Part shown: positions 62,001-64,000 of the stretch, piece after piece
How the letters are laid out: every line of letters begins with the position of its first letter
Numbering within the stretch: the first letter of the stretch is position 1
Assembly: GCA_965655095.1 (NCBI GenBank)
Contig: OZ296653.1
Location: 76,508,001 to 76,572,000, forward strand
DNA: 64,000 bases
Origin: Haplodiscus bocki
Lineage: Eukaryota
Direction: 5' to 3'
Translations under genes and position numbers: made by a program
Notes under the pieces: generated by a model
Database searches by the model: none
Told to the model about the DNA's origin: nothing
Seen by the model: only the letters and a program-made list of their open reading frames with translations

Positions 62001-64000
62001 CTGCTGTACCCTCAGGTCGTTTAAGTCTTGGAAGCATTTATCTTCTGCAATACATGTTTCCAAATATTTTCGCATAATCAAAGTAAATCTGATAACAGCT
62101 GTAACCAGGCCTTGGGCCAAGTGAGTGAAACCGAAGAATCTTGAGAACTAATATGGTGTTCCGACAAAGGATCGGCCAAACGCAATGCAAAACATGCTTG
62201 ACTGCAGTCAAGTTTGGCAGAAAAGTTTTTTTCCTGGCAACTGTATGTTTGGTCCAGCTGAAACTGTCATTAGAAAGATATGGTAATCATTGTCACGTCT
62301 GGTCAATTGACTTACTGGGCGGAGATCAATCAAGAAGACAGAGCAACTGACGGTTTTCTTTGTGCGAACAGGGTGCTAGAATGTTTTAAATACGTTAACG
62401 TTGTTACTATCTCATAGTTTTGCACTAATGCCAGTTTGAAAGGAGTGGAAAGGGGTCGGTGGACCCTGAATGTACATTGGCCTGTCGTGCTCATGTGTCA
62501 GTTTGATTTTGTGTTTTGTGTTACCGTCAATAATTTAGCGAGAAAATACAACAGATGTCGAGAAAAACTGTTTTGAAATTACACCAAACACTTCTCTACC
62601 TCGGTTTTCTCCAGTTGGGACAGAATTTATTTCTCCCACTGGAACTGGCTAAAGATATTTTGTTTTGACTCTGAATTTTTGGTGGGTTTCAGTCGTTCTT
62701 CACTTTTCATATGTAAAAGTTCGTCATATACACGTTTTACAATTCCAGTCGGATCATGACATTTTTCGTACCGTTCTGTTGTGGAGAACCAGAAACCATC
62801 CTGAATAGATAGGTTGTCGTAAAAGTGGTGGAAGTCAGAATCAATTCAATGATGATTCCCTTCATGTTCTCCGTCAACAGCTCGTGAAAAACTGATTGTA
62901 AAAAATGTGCTTGTTGTGGTGACAAAGAGGTAGCTTTTACCACCAGCGATCTCCTACGAACAGTGACTACATTGGACTGAACAGTCCATCGTCTATAGGT
63001 GTTTGGTGTTCATTGTCGAAATAACTAATGGTCCCGGTGAAATAGAGACTGGTTTTGCGTTCAAAAGGCTCAAAGTGTTCAACTAGTGCGTTAGTTTCAA
63101 GTGATGTGTCGTGAATTGCTAGTTCACACTTTTGTTCTTCTCGACCTTTCAGCCGAATAACCTTTTTCTCTCTTGTTTTCAACAAAATTGGGTTTGGAAA
63201 AGGTTTTTTCGACTTTGCCCGTGGGCGAAAAGTTTCATTTACTTGCAATGTCTTGTCAAGTAACCACAGAATTCGCGTACTGGGAGGACTGGTAAAGTAA
63301 ATGAGCTCAAATAACGAAAGATCCAAAATAGGAAAATTCATTTTTGTCGGAATTAAAAAATTGCGCGGTGAAACTTTGACCACCGAAGGGGGAAAATTTC
63401 TGCACTTCACAGAGTAGACTAAATTTATAAAGGCCTTTTCAACTTCTGAGGTCCCGGAGGAAGTGGAAACTATGGTTTTGGAGTTTATCAATTGAATGAC
63501 TGAAAAAAACTGAGAACTGACAGCACGTGAAAAAATGCCTAAATCAACAAACGCAGTGGACTTAGATTTAGGGGAGAAAAAATGGACACAGGAAAAAAAA
63601 GAAGAAGAAGTAATCATTTAGAGGTGTGCTGGTGTGGTGCACCTAGTTTTTCAGCGGCATTTGAAGTAGTAGCTGCTATCAAAGGCTTTGAGGTGACAAC
63701 AATCTCGTTGATTGGAGCATGTCGCAGAATTCGGCTCCATTGCTGTGGTTATACATGAAGATTGTTGCACTGATTGCTTCACCAGCCTCAATGATTGCCT
63801 CGCCAGTTCTGGTGGTTGCAACACCAAACTTGGAAATTGCCCTCCGTTAACGCTGAGGATTCCAGTGTCAAGTTTTTTATTCGGTCGCCAAGCCCTTCAG
63901 AGGGATGTTAAAGCTGGTTGGACATGTTTTCCACTTGCTAATGAAAGATAGATTTTTTTTCTATTGAGGTTGTTCAGCACTGTTGTCACTGATTGTAGTT
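59015..64000 (-). mobile_element. Old degenerate Ty3/Gypsy pol region (PR/RT/RNase H/integrase), running off the window
   Basis: RT LIDLR...PGKKLFC.KLDCSQA (~62190-62330); RNase H AKEF region (~61410); integrase LQVDIVGNLP...LDQGT.F...MGINER (~60300-60600); C-terminal QCAHRIQLR (~59790). Confidence 0.8.

Noticed and set aside
62967-63617. 216-aa minus-strand ORF as a host gene
   Set aside because: Lies in the protease-to-RT part of the decayed Gypsy and appears to be a partly out-of-frame reading of it

Overview
AT-rich eukaryotic (metazoan-like) DNA made almost entirely of nested transposable elements; I found no supportable host gene, RNA gene or CRISPR array. Left to right: (1) an old CR1/L2-group LINE 3' fragment (~4.7-5.8 kb). 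(2) A young, lightly damaged CR1/L2-group LINE on the minus strand (~9025-13540) with three coding blocks: an SGNH-esterase-like ORF0, a PHD/coiled-coil/RRM-type ORF1, and an APE-RT ORF2 that is in frame with ORF1 behind a single UGA-CUAG stop and has no AUG before the endonuclease motifs. (3) A very recent Ty3/Gypsy LTR element (14908-19183; 170-bp LTRs differing at one base; CAGCC target duplication). It has no tRNA-type primer site, but carries a 12-nt site complementary to its predicted transcript 5' end (Tf1-like self-priming). It is inserted into ORF1 of (4) an older L2/Crack-like LINE whose RT-to-3'UTR half is amplified into a ~2.28-kb tandem array of at least 9 copies (~20060-39545, with a 200-N gap). 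(5) A decayed but apparently complete ~16.3-kb Polinton/Maverick (42733-59014) with long inverted termini and protease, capsid, integrase, ATPase and pPolB remnants. It appears to split (6) an old Gypsy element between pol (right) and a putative envelope gene (left). All homology calls come from motif recognition by eye, not from database searches; coordinates of decayed genes are approximate.
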